Shown here: positions 49,927-60,200 of the stretch, in pieces
Numbering within the stretch: position 1 is the stretch's first letter
Layout of the letters: the number at the start of each line of letters is the position of its first letter
From: a virus
Strand: one strand, 5' to 3'
IMG/VR virus record: IMGVR_UViG_3300042295_000443
Span: 25,162-89,161 of that record
DNA: 64,000 bases
Position numbers and translations under genes: made by a program
Notes under the pieces: generated by a model
What the model was told of the DNA's origin: nothing
The model's database searches: none
What the model saw: only the letters and a program-made list of their open reading frames with translations

Positions 49927-51249
49927 ATGCCAAAGAAAATTGCCGAATGTACCAAAGCCCACTTAGTAAGTGTGGCTTTACCAAATCATGCTGCTACTTA
50001 CACTGTAATTAGCCACCAATCTGTAATAGATTATGTATATGCTGAACTTGCTACGGCAGGTTTCAGTATTGTTGATGAAGAATTTAGATCTACTGCTGAT
50101 GGGCAGATTGCTCAAGGAATTCATAAACTAAGTTTTAATTCTGATCCTGAATTATCTATGATGTTTGTATGGACAAACAGTTATAATAAACAAGTAAGGT
50201 TTAAATGTGGTGTAGGAGCTTATATTAATCTTACAGGAACTACAATGGTTTGTGGAGATATGGGAAACTGGGCCAGAAAACACACGGGAACAGCTGATGA
50301 AGAAACTATTAAAACCATACAAGAGCAAATAGCTAATGCTCATATGTATTATAATCAGTTAGCTGCAGATAAAGAAATAATGAAAGGGATAACTCTTAAT
50401 AAAAGAAGACAAGCTCAAATGTTAGGTATCTTGTTTGCAGAATATCAGATTCTTACTACTGAACAAGCTAGTATGATTAGAAGTCAAATGGATAGACCTA
50501 GTCATGTCTTTGCAGATTCTAATAGTCTATGGGCTTTTTATAATTATGTAACTATTGCTTTACAGCATTCACATCCTAAAACTTGGATGGAAGATCAAAG
50601 AGTTCTACATTATTTTATGTCTAGTATAAATAACTTTCAGCAGTGCAGTGTTCCTGCACAGATAGTTCCAGTAACTCCTGAAGTTATAGAAGCTGAGATA
50701 GAGTTTGTTGATCCTAATCAAACTAATTTACTAGATCAGATTGCTGCAGCTGAAGCGGATCAAGAAGCAGATCTAATGGATGAAGATCTTAGATATAAAC
50801 ATGCTGAAGTAGTTGAAGTTTTAGATTTACTAATTAATGCAGATGAAGCTGAAGAAGTATCAGTTCTTTATACTGATCCTATGGGAAATACATTTGAAAC
50901 TATTGATTTTCATAATTCAGTAACTGCAGATCCAGGAGATGATGATGATGATGATGATATCTGGACAGAAGAACACATTGTTGAAAAAGATAACATACCA
51001 TTTGAAATTGATGACAATCAAGAATGGACAGGTGAGAATGCTAGTACTATGTCATTAGAACCAACACCAGAAGATCATGAATTATTTGAAAAAGAAATGA
51101 TAATTATTAAACAAGAAGAAGAGTTAAATTTAGAAGATGCATTAAGGGCTGAACCAATCCCCCGTGCATTTGATGATTTTACATTAGAAGATACTGATAG
51201 TGATGGTCAGGATACTGAAAAAGAGGACTTAAGTCCAGACTTTTTCTAA
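49927..51249 (+). CDS. DUF932-like protein with long acidic tail
   Basis: YTVISH, NSYNKQ, RKHTG, SLWAFYNYVT; C-terminal ~180 aa D/E-rich. Confidence 0.65.
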   Translation: MPKKIAECTKAHLVSVALPNHAATYTVISHQSVIDYVYAELATAGFSIVDEEFRSTADGQIAQGIHKLSFNSDPELSMMFVWTNSYNKQVRFKCGVGAYINLTGTTMVCGDMGNWARKHTGTADEETIKTIQEQIANAHMYYNQLAADKEIMKGITLNKRRQAQMLGILFAEYQILTTEQASMIRSQMDRPSHVFADSNSLWAFYNYVTIALQHSHPKTWMEDQRVLHYFMSSINNFQQCSVPAQIVPVTPEVIEAEIEFVDPNQTNLLDQIAAAEADQEADLMDEDLRYKHAEVVEVLDLLINADEAEEVSVLYTDPMGNTFETIDFHNSVTADPGDDDDDDDIWTEEHIVEKDNIPFEIDDNQEWTGENASTMSLEPTPEDHELFEKEMIIIKQEEELNLEDALRAEPIPRAFDDFTLEDTDSDGQDTEKEDLSPDFF

Positions 51250-51285
51250 AGAAGCTCTAGTTTAGGGTGGTTTAATATATCAATC

Positions 51286-51324
51286 AAGGGAGATTAGCAG
51301 AAATGCTTTTCTCCCTTTTTTTTT
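51286..51324 (+). terminator. Terminator at convergence of replication and virion modules
   Basis: AAGGGAGA..AGCA-GAAA-TGCT..TCTCCCTT plus T-run. Confidence 0.8.
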
Positions 51325-54300
51325 ACATCAACGCCTCAGAAATTTCTTTCTTCTTAATTGCCCAATAAGGTGCAGCATTCTTACCAGATAAACCAATTAA
51401 GGCACCAAGATGATTATATATTTTATAATTACCTTCTTCTTGCCAAGAATATGGACCAACATCTTGTTTATAAAGTGCTTTATCACTTCCTGTTGCCATA
51501 TAACCTAGATCTATTAAAATTTTACCATATACTCCTAATGTTGGACTTACTACAATAGTACTTGTTTCAGAAAACTTTGTCCATTCATTTAATCCTACAA
51601 AAGGTAATGGTATAAAAGTTTGATTTTCTCTTTTAACCATCATTAATTGATACAGTAAATGATTAGCCATCCATCCTGCTCTGCCATATTTTTCTTCCCT
51701 TTCTTTTATTTTTTTAAATCTATCTTCATCACCTACACTATATCCAAAAATATAAGTTATTATTACACCTAATAAGACTAATAACATACCTTCTGTAAAT
51801 ACTTTTTTCATAACAGATTTTTCTTCAGCTGTCATTAAAGGAGCATATGTATTATATTTTGTAATTAATTTCCAAGAAGATTGAAGAAATTGTATATAAC
51901 TACCTCTCTTACTTTCATCTAAATCCCAATCCCATGTATCTCCACCAAAGTTTTCTTTAGATGTATCCATTTGAAATCTTTCTAAAAACATACCTGTAGC
52001 ATATTTTCTAGAAAAACTAAATAAGTTATAAAGTAAATATTTTTCAGCAGCAGGTGAATCAAGATCATTTGTAGTACCATTTAATCTTTTATTAGAGGCT
52101 GCCATTACTCTTTTTATTTTATTTAATTCAGTACTTCTTGCAATTACTAAGCTATCTCCTATTTCAATATTTTCAAGACTAGTTATTTTATTTTTTAACT
52201 TAAGTTCTTCTACAGTTATATTATACTGTTTAGCAATTGAATCTAGGGTATCTCCTTTAACTAAAGTATGATCTACAGGAGCAGTTCCCCATTCAGGATT
52301 TATTCCATCTTTTAATTTTATTGAACCATCTTTAGCAGTTTCAAAAGCATTTGCATATCTTATCTGTAAAACAGAACCATCAGGTTGTATTTGATCAACC
52401 ATTTGTTTTTCAAGAATACTAAAACCTATTTCAAAAGCACCTTGTTTTTCTAATAGTCTTCTATCTGAATACATCCAACTACCTTCTATTAAATCTTTAA
52501 CTCCTGTTCTTGTAGTTGATTTACCAAAGTCTTTTTCTGCTTTACCTGGATCCATACCAAATAATTCAACCATCTGCATATTTAAACTTTTCATTCCTCT
52601 TGCATAAGCTCCTTGACCAGCATATTCAAATATAGCTTTAGTAGCTGTAATTTGACCTCTTGCCATAGATGGAAAATCAATATACTTTCCTCCAGCTGCA
52701 AAGACTAGTTTCTGATAATTCATTCCCCATTTATTCTTAACAGATGATACAGGATTTAAAGCATAAAAAGCTCTACTTGCTTGAGCCATTAAGCCTCTTG
52801 CAACTTTTGTAATCTTAACATTATCAGATTGAAATTCAGCAGTAACTTGACCATAGAAAGTTCTGTCCATAAAATCATTAAATAACTGTAGTCTTTTATT
52901 AGTAGATCTTTTTAAGAACACGGCAGATTTATCATTAATTTTTGATAATGTTTTACTTGCTCTATCTAACTTATCTAATGCGTTATCAGGATCTGCATAA
53001 ACAGATTGTATAGCTTTTGCTATTGATTCATTTTCTATTAATGTATTTTGTTTATCTAAAGAATACATATAGTTCCATTGAGATCTAAGAACATCTGTAG
53101 AAACTGCATTAATATCAAGTTTAAACAAACCTCTTACAGGAACTCTAGTAATTGGATTTCCTTGTAGATCAGTAGGTACAAATAATAGATCATTATCAAA
53201 ATTAAATCTATTTTCTGGATCATCAGAAGCAGCTTTTACTGAATCTTTTATATTTATAGCAATACTACTTGATTTTTCTTTTATGTCCTCTTTTAATTTA
53301 CCTTTTTGAAGATATTCTAAATTATCTTTTATTCTAAATCTTGCAAAATCTAAATACATTTTAGATGGATATTGTTTACCCTCTTGCATCTTTAAATAAT
53401 TTTCTTTTAGTTTTTCTAAAAGTAAAAACTGAGCATTATTTTTTTGTTTAAGTTCATAATACTCTTTATTCATGTACTTATCATTAGCATGACCTATTGC
53501 ATATTCAATAGGCAACATATTATTTCTATTATCTACATGAACTCCAACCTTTAATTCAACTTTTTTAGTTTTAGGATTGTATCCTGTAAAAAATTCATCT
53601 TTAATTTTTGTTACTGAATACTTAGCTATTGGAACTCCTTCAAAAGGTATTTGTTCTTTTGTTATAGGGTCTAATAATATTGTATGCTTATAATAACCTT
53701 CATCTGCAGGCTTACTAATATTCCAAGCTTTTAATCTAAAATATTTTAAAATAGATTCTCCTGTTTCTACATCATATCCTGTTCTTGTATAATGATTTTT
53801 ATCAAACCATTCAGCAAATTCAGGACTAGCTGCTCTTGCAGCTGCAACATCAGCAGATTTAAGCCAATTATCTGCCGTGTCTACAGTAAGTGGGGAAAGA
53901 TCTAAATTACCTAAAGCATTATTAAATGCTGTAACATAGTGATCTGTACATTCTACATTAGTTAACTCAGCTAATTTTTTATATTCTTTTCTTAACTGAG
54001 TTGTTTCTATAGAAGTTAAACCAAATATAGTTTTTTCAGAAGCTAATTTTTTATACTCAGCTTGTTCTTCTGCACTCATTTCAGACATTAAACCAAGACC
54101 AATAAGATCTTCATAATATCTAAACTTAGCAGCATCATCTTTGGATAATCCAGATTTTCTATCAAAGCTTTCTTGTGCTTCAACTATTTCTTCTTCAATA
54201 GCTTTAAGTCTATTAATTTGATCAGGAGCTAATCTTAAACCATTAGGTTCTCCATCCTTATCAGTTACCCTATTTACTAAATTATATCTTTGTTCATATA

Positions 54301-57199
54301 AATTAGCAAGTTGTTTTGATACTGCAGTGTCTTTACTTTTTTCATTAAGTTTTTTAATCCGTTCAAGAGTATTACTTCTTTCTTGATAATATGCATCACT
54401 ATAAGCAACTTTAAAGTTCTTATCTCTAAACTTTATAATTTCTGCTTGATATCTAGCAGGATCTGATTCTTTTGTAACACCAATTGCACCAAGTGTAACA
54501 GTAACAAAGTGATCAAAATCTCTTTGTACTTTATCTAAATTAGGTGTTGTTTCACTAAATTTTCTTGATTGCTCTCTATATGCTCTTCTTATTAAAACTT
54601 TTTCTAGTTCTATACCTTGTTTATATTGACCATTAAGATTAAACATGTTATATAATTCATCATATTTAATCTTAGCAGCTTTAGATGGAGTGAATTCATT
54701 AAGGTCATCTAATTCTGTAAATACAGAATTATTAAATGTACTCATATCTTCAAGAGCAGCTCTTCTTTCCATATAGGCATCTAAAGAAACTTGTGCAGAA
54801 ACAACTATATCTTTTTTTGTTGCTGGATTAAAAACTACATTGTCTTGTCTCCACATTTTCTTTACTGCATATACAGCATCAACATGTTGTTTTTGCATAT
54901 ACTTTTCTTCCCATTCCCATCTAGCATTTAAAGCAGCTTTTATTTCATCTTTGTCACCTTTTTCTTTTGCTTTTATAATATTATCTTCTAGTTTAGCTTT
55001 ATCAAATCTCCAAGTTTTAAACTTATCAAGATATGCATAAATTTCTGTTTCAATAAGATTTCCATCTTTATCTCTATCAGGAACTATATCTTTAAATAAA
55101 ACAATATCTGCTATAGCACTAGTATCATTATGACTAATTCCTGTAGCAGCAAGATAAGGTTGTAATTCTTCTGCCATTTTATATTGAGCCTGAAGACTTT
55201 TCATTTCTTGCTCTGATAATTTGTCTTTCATAAAATTTACAAAAGAACCTAACATGTCATTTACATTTCCCATAGGAGTAAGCATACCCGCCATTCCTAC
55301 ATCTTTTACATGTCCTCTTAAATAATTATCAACACTTTCTTCTGTAATTTTATTAGCATTATAATTAAAAATTTCTTTTAATAATAAAGGTGCACTTTTT
55401 AAAGGTCTTGGTAATAAAAAATCTTTAGTTGCAATTGATCTGATATTTTGTACATCAAGCTTATAAAATAAATCATCTTTAAAAGCTTGTATTTCTTCTT
55501 CTGTAAATTTTTCTACAGATAATGCTTTGTCAATATAGTTTTCAAACTTTTCCTTTACATTTTTTTGCATTGGTAAACTGTTTTCTATAAAGAAACCTTT
55601 AACAAAATCAAATGTCATGTCTTTTGCTTCATCAATATTATCTTGTACTGTAGCTTTAAGTGATAATATTTTTTTTACTATTTGATCTGAAGGATTTAAA
55701 CCTAATGCTTTTCTAACATTTTCTAGAAATTTAAGCTCTCTTTCCATGAATTGCTTAAAGTATTGTATTTTAGCATTACCATCATGAGTCATAAATTTAT
55801 TAGTATCTTTCATTTCTGCCATAATACTTTGAACTCTATTTGCAAAAACTTCTAATTCAGTTAAACTATTAATAAATGATAAAGATCTTTTTCTTAAATC
55901 ATCTTGTTCAATTTCTAAAGTTCTAAATAATTCTTCAAGTTCTTCTTCTGTAATATCTTCTCCTACTGTTTTGTATGCTTTAACATAATCTCTTATGTTT
56001 CTTAAAACATCCATTCCTTCTTTTCCTTTTAGATCTTCTTTAAGTTTCTGTGGAGAATTTCTAAGAACTCCAAGTTGAAAAGCCATTTCAGTATGGAATT
56101 GATTGATTACATCTATAAGTTTTTGAGGAGTAGCTTTTTTTAATTCATTTAAATAATCTTCTGTGTCTTTTTTAAATTCTGCAAATAAAGATAACTGTAG
56201 ATTTAAATCTTCAATAAAGAAATCTTTATTTAACATCATGTCTACTAACTCTTCTCTTGTAGTTGATGTAGATAGATTTTTTAAATTTACTTTTCCAACT
56301 AAAGCTTTTAATACTTGTTTAATAGCAAATAATAAATTTTGTATAAACTTAGCAAAGGCACTATCATTATTAATAATTCCTGCAAGTTCTCTATCAGCAT
56401 CAAACTGCATAGCAGTAACAATAGCTTCTTCTTTAAATCTTGGTGTGTCTTCTTTTAATTCAGGATATTTATTTCTTACATGCTTTATAGCTTCTAATCC
56501 TGTTGCAGATTGAGTTAACTGATTAAATAAATTATTAAATAATTTAGGATTTTGAATAGCAATTCCTTTAACTAAAGGGTGTGCAAACTCATGTATAACA
56601 GAACTTGCACTAAACTTTCCTTTTATAAAATATACTTTATTATTATAATAAAAAGCAGATACATCATTAGTATATGGAGTTGGACTTTCAGAAAGTAAAA
56701 TAGCAGCATCTGCAGGAGTTATTATATCATAACCAATTCCAAAAGCTTTAGCATATTTTTCACCTAATTTTTCAGCAATTTCTAAATCTCTATGTTCTAA
56801 AACTTTATCTGTAAAATAATTTTCTATAGTTCTTTGATTAGATCTTTCATCTGATTCTTTTTTAAAGACTTCATCTTCTAAAACATTATCAATTAGTCCT
56901 GCTCTAATAGAATCTTGGCGTTGAAGTTCTTCTGCTTGTCTTTCTATTTCTTTTAACTCAGCTATTTCTTTTTCAAGTTCACTAGCATAATAAGTATCTA
57001 TTAAAGACTGTGGTATAGTTATATTTCTTTCTAATTCATCTTCTGTATATTTTGTAAAAGAAATAACTTTTGCACCATATATAGCATTTATTTCAGCAGC
57101 TAATTTATTAGCATTAGCCAAATTCATTAAAAGACCTGGTTGGCCTTTATCATAAACTTGTTGAGTTAAATTTGCTTTTATTTGAATTGGACAAGGCAT
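51323..57199 (-). CDS. Giant virion (ejected) protein with zincin motif and LysM domain
   Basis: HEFAH at ~56579-56593; LysM HTLVKGDTLDSIAKQYNITVEELKLKN at ~52142-52273; hydrophobic segment near C-terminus. Confidence 0.75.
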   Translation of the reverse strand: MPCPIQIKANLTQQVYDKGQPGLLMNLANANKLAAEINAIYGAKVISFTKYTEDELERNITIPQSLIDTYYASELEKEIAELKEIERQAEELQRQDSIRAGLIDNVLEDEVFKKESDERSNQRTIENYFTDKVLEHRDLEIAEKLGEKYAKAFGIGYDIITPADAAILLSESPTPYTNDVSAFYYNNKVYFIKGKFSASSVIHEFAHPLVKGIAIQNPKLFNNLFNQLTQSATGLEAIKHVRNKYPELKEDTPRFKEEAIVTAMQFDADRELAGIINNDSAFAKFIQNLLFAIKQVLKALVGKVNLKNLSTSTTREELVDMMLNKDFFIEDLNLQLSLFAEFKKDTEDYLNELKKATPQKLIDVINQFHTEMAFQLGVLRNSPQKLKEDLKGKEGMDVLRNIRDYVKAYKTVGEDITEEELEELFRTLEIEQDDLRKRSLSFINSLTELEVFANRVQSIMAEMKDTNKFMTHDGNAKIQYFKQFMERELKFLENVRKALGLNPSDQIVKKILSLKATVQDNIDEAKDMTFDFVKGFFIENSLPMQKNVKEKFENYIDKALSVEKFTEEEIQAFKDDLFYKLDVQNIRSIATKDFLLPRPLKSAPLLLKEIFNYNANKITEESVDNYLRGHVKDVGMAGMLTPMGNVNDMLGSFVNFMKDKLSEQEMKSLQAQYKMAEELQPYLAATGISHNDTSAIADIVLFKDIVPDRDKDGNLIETEIYAYLDKFKTWRFDKAKLEDNIIKAKEKGDKDEIKAALNARWEWEEKYMQKQHVDAVYAVKKMWRQDNVVFNPATKKDIVVSAQVSLDAYMERRAALEDMSTFNNSVFTELDDLNEFTPSKAAKIKYDELYNMFNLNGQYKQGIELEKVLIRRAYREQSRKFSETTPNLDKVQRDFDHFVTVTLGAIGVTKESDPARYQAEIIKFRDKNFKVAYSDAYYQERSNTLERIKKLNEKSKDTAVSKQLANLYEQRYNLVNRVTDKDGEPNGLRLAPDQINRLKAIEEEIVEAQESFDRKSGLSKDDAAKFRYYEDLIGLGLMSEMSAEEQAEYKKLASEKTIFGLTSIETTQLRKEYKKLAELTNVECTDHYVTAFNNALGNLDLSPLTVDTADNWLKSADVAAARAASPEFAEWFDKNHYTRTGYDVETGESILKYFRLKAWNISKPADEGYYKHTILLDPITKEQIPFEGVPIAKYSVTKIKDEFFTGYNPKTKKVELKVGVHVDNRNNMLPIEYAIGHANDKYMNKEYYELKQKNNAQFLLLEKLKENYLKMQEGKQYPSKMYLDFARFRIKDNLEYLQKGKLKEDIKEKSSSIAINIKDSVKAASDDPENRFNFDNDLLFVPTDLQGNPITRVPVRGLFKLDINAVSTDVLRSQWNYMYSLDKQNTLIENESIAKAIQSVYADPDNALDKLDRASKTLSKINDKSAVFLKRSTNKRLQLFNDFMDRTFYGQVTAEFQSDNVKITKVARGLMAQASRAFYALNPVSSVKNKWGMNYQKLVFAAGGKYIDFPSMARGQITATKAIFEYAGQGAYARGMKSLNMQMVELFGMDPGKAEKDFGKSTTRTGVKDLIEGSWMYSDRRLLEKQGAFEIGFSILEKQMVDQIQPDGSVLQIRYANAFETAKDGSIKLKDGINPEWGTAPVDHTLVKGDTLDSIAKQYNITVEELKLKNKITSLENIEIGDSLVIARSTELNKIKRVMAASNKRLNGTTNDLDSPAAEKYLLYNLFSFSRKYATGMFLERFQMDTSKENFGGDTWDWDLDESKRGSYIQFLQSSWKLITKYNTYAPLMTAEEKSVMKKVFTEGMLLVLLGVIITYIFGYSVGDEDRFKKIKEREEKYGRAGWMANHLLYQLMMVKRENQTFIPLPFVGLNEWTKFSETSTIVVSPTLGVYGKILIDLGYMATGSDKALYKQDVGPYSWQEEGNYKIYNHLGALIGLSGKNAAPYWAIKKKEISEALM

Positions 57200-57228
57200 A
57201 ATATATTTTTATATAAATTTAATATTTT

Positions 57229-60200
57229 TTACTGACAATCAAGTGATGTTCTTTCTATTCCTGGTAAACCTTCTGGAGAATTAAGATTATTTTCAGCTTC
57301 ATATTGTTCTCTATCACGCATTGCTTCAGATAAATCTTCAAAAGATGCTGACTCATTATAAGCTCTTATACTCTCTTGTTGTTCACTTTCTTCTTGAAGT
57401 ATATTACTTGCTATTGCAAATGCTTGATTATATGCTGAACTACCTTTATTTAAGCCAAGAGCATTTAATATAGCATCTATTATTTCTTCAAATAAGTTCT
57501 TATAATTTTTAACATCAGCAGGTGCTAATTCTTTAAGTTGAGTAATAAATTTAGCATCTGTAAACAAAGCTACAAAAAATTCATCAATTGTATAATTAGC
57601 ATAAGGTCCAGTTAAGTCTTTTGTATTAAATTTTCCTAGCTGATTAATGCTATGATCATATAATTTTTGAAAGTCTTTATTAAATTCATTATTTTTTCTT
57701 AGTGCTTTATAAGATAGAGCATGTAAAATTTCATGAAGTAATAAAGTCTCACTTTGACCATTTCTTACATTTGCAAATTCTGCAATAGAAATATTATTAT
57801 TATAATTATCATAAAACCCTCTACTTAAAAAGTTAGGATTATTATTAAAACCAACTTGTTCTTTTAATAAAACATCTACATCATTTATATTAGCAAATGA
57901 TTTTAAATGTTTAGCTAATGTATTTAGTGGATGATTTGATTCACCTATAGCATTTAATAATACTGATACCTTTACTATCTCTGAATCTTTAAAATACTTT
58001 TCTCTTATGTTTACATCAGGCTTATTACCAGATATAACATTTTCTTGAATACTAGATGGTAATTGAGTAACAACTTTAGCTGGTGTTTTAGGCATTCCAG
58101 GTTCTAAATTTTTAACTCTTCTTAAAGTAATAGATATTCTATAACTTCCTTTTTCATAATTTTTTCCATCTATTTCTGTAGTTATTGCAGGTAAAAATCC
58201 ATCTTGCTTTGATGGAAAAGTTCTATGCATTACTTTTCTATTTTGTCCATTTAAACCAAAAATATATGAATCTCCAGCATTAAGAGGAGTTGGTTCATAT
58301 TTACCAGTTTGTTGAACACTAAAATTACCACTACCACCTATATTAAGAACAAGAACAGGATAACCAATAGCATCAGCAGCTTCATCTACATCATTATGAG
58401 CACTTATAAAAGTTTCATCCTTATAAAGATTTATTATAGCTCCATCATAATCAGTAGCATCTATACCAGTAGCTTTAGACATTAATGTTTTAATTCTAGG
58501 ATTAATAGGACCTAATGGTTGACCATTAATAGATACTTCATAATAACCATACTTAGCACTACTTCCAGGTACAATAATATTTTTTATTTCAATAGCTTTA
58601 TAATTAGGATTATTTGATTTATAATCCCATCTTAAACCTAATCCAATCATTACATTTGCACTAGTAGCTTTATTAGTTGTAGCTCCTTGTTTTTCAATAT
58701 AAGGTTTAAGAATATTAAATAACTCAAGTTGTTCTTCTTTAGTTATAACATTTCTTTTAATTTCAACACCTGGAATTACCACTTCTGTTTCAACACTAGT
58801 AGATGGTTGAGTAATAGATTTACTAATCAATCCTGTTTTATTAGCATTTAGCTCTGTAACTAATCCATATCTACTTAACAATTCATTTTGTAACCATTCT
58901 GCAAATCTTGTTGGTATTTTAGCTAAATCAGAGGCAAATCCTTGAGGAAATATTTTAGTTTCATACTTATCTATTTTAGCAAATTGTTCTAAATTTACTT
59001 TTTTAAATAACTCAAAATCAGCTTCTGTATCTTGAAAATCTTGATTCCACCCCCCAGTTATTTTTGAAGTAGCTCTATCTTCTTCATATACATAATACTT
59101 TTTAGTTACTATACCTATTGCATTTGGATTATTTCTAATAACTGCACTTCCTCCACCAACTCTTGAAGAGCCTATAGAATTTATATTTTCAGTAAATATG
59201 TAAGCAGTGTTAGGATTTTCTTTTGGCGAATCTTTAGTCCAATTGTTTTTAACTATTGAAGATTTACTATTAACACTAGTAGATGGTTGAATAGGTTTAT
59301 TAACTAAATTTTTCTTTAATAAAGCTAACACAGATGAATCAAGATCTTCAACATTAACTACAGGTACTTCTGGTGTTTCAACAACTGGGGCTTTTTTAAA
59401 CTCTGTTGCTTTAGGAGCTACATAATTCTTAATTTTTTTATTAAGAGGATTTGTAAGTAAATTAAAAATTGTATTTAAAGTATTCACATCTAGTACCTTT
59501 TCCTCAAATATTACAGATGCTGTTTGCATAACATTGAGATAATCATCATAAGGTAATGCTTCATTAAATCCTAAAGCACTGTATCCTATACCATGTTGAT
59601 AGATCATCATTAGAGGTAGTTGAGCAAATAACTTACTAATCCTTGCATTATCTTCAGTATTTGAAGATTTCTTAATAGTGCTATCTGCTAGGTCAAGTAA
59701 ATTTTGATAATATATTTCTGCAAGTTGCCCGTCCTTAAGCATTTTAACATCATTTAATGTTAATACAAAATTTTGAACAATTTCAACTTTAGGAGCACCA
59801 AATGCTTCTTCTCCAGTTTTAGCAAAAACTTTTGTTATTGTTAAAGGTTTACTAAATTGAGAAATAATTGGATATTTATTTTTTAGTTGTGGAAACTCTT
59901 GTATGATATTCATAACCATATCTGTATATGAATTATTTTCAATACCACTTATAGCTTGTCCATTATATGCATTAAGAAGAGCTTGCTGATTTGTATATTC
60001 CTCATATGCTAATTTAGATACCTGATTTTCAGGAACTCCTTCATTACTTAAAATACTTTTTATTTTTAAATAATCTTTATTAGTTTTTAAAGAATCAATA
60101 GGGAATGCATTTCTCTGATATTCTCTTTCAAATACATATCTTACATAAGAAGATTCATTAGGGAACATATTGTCCTCAGTATCAAATCCTTTTAAACCTG

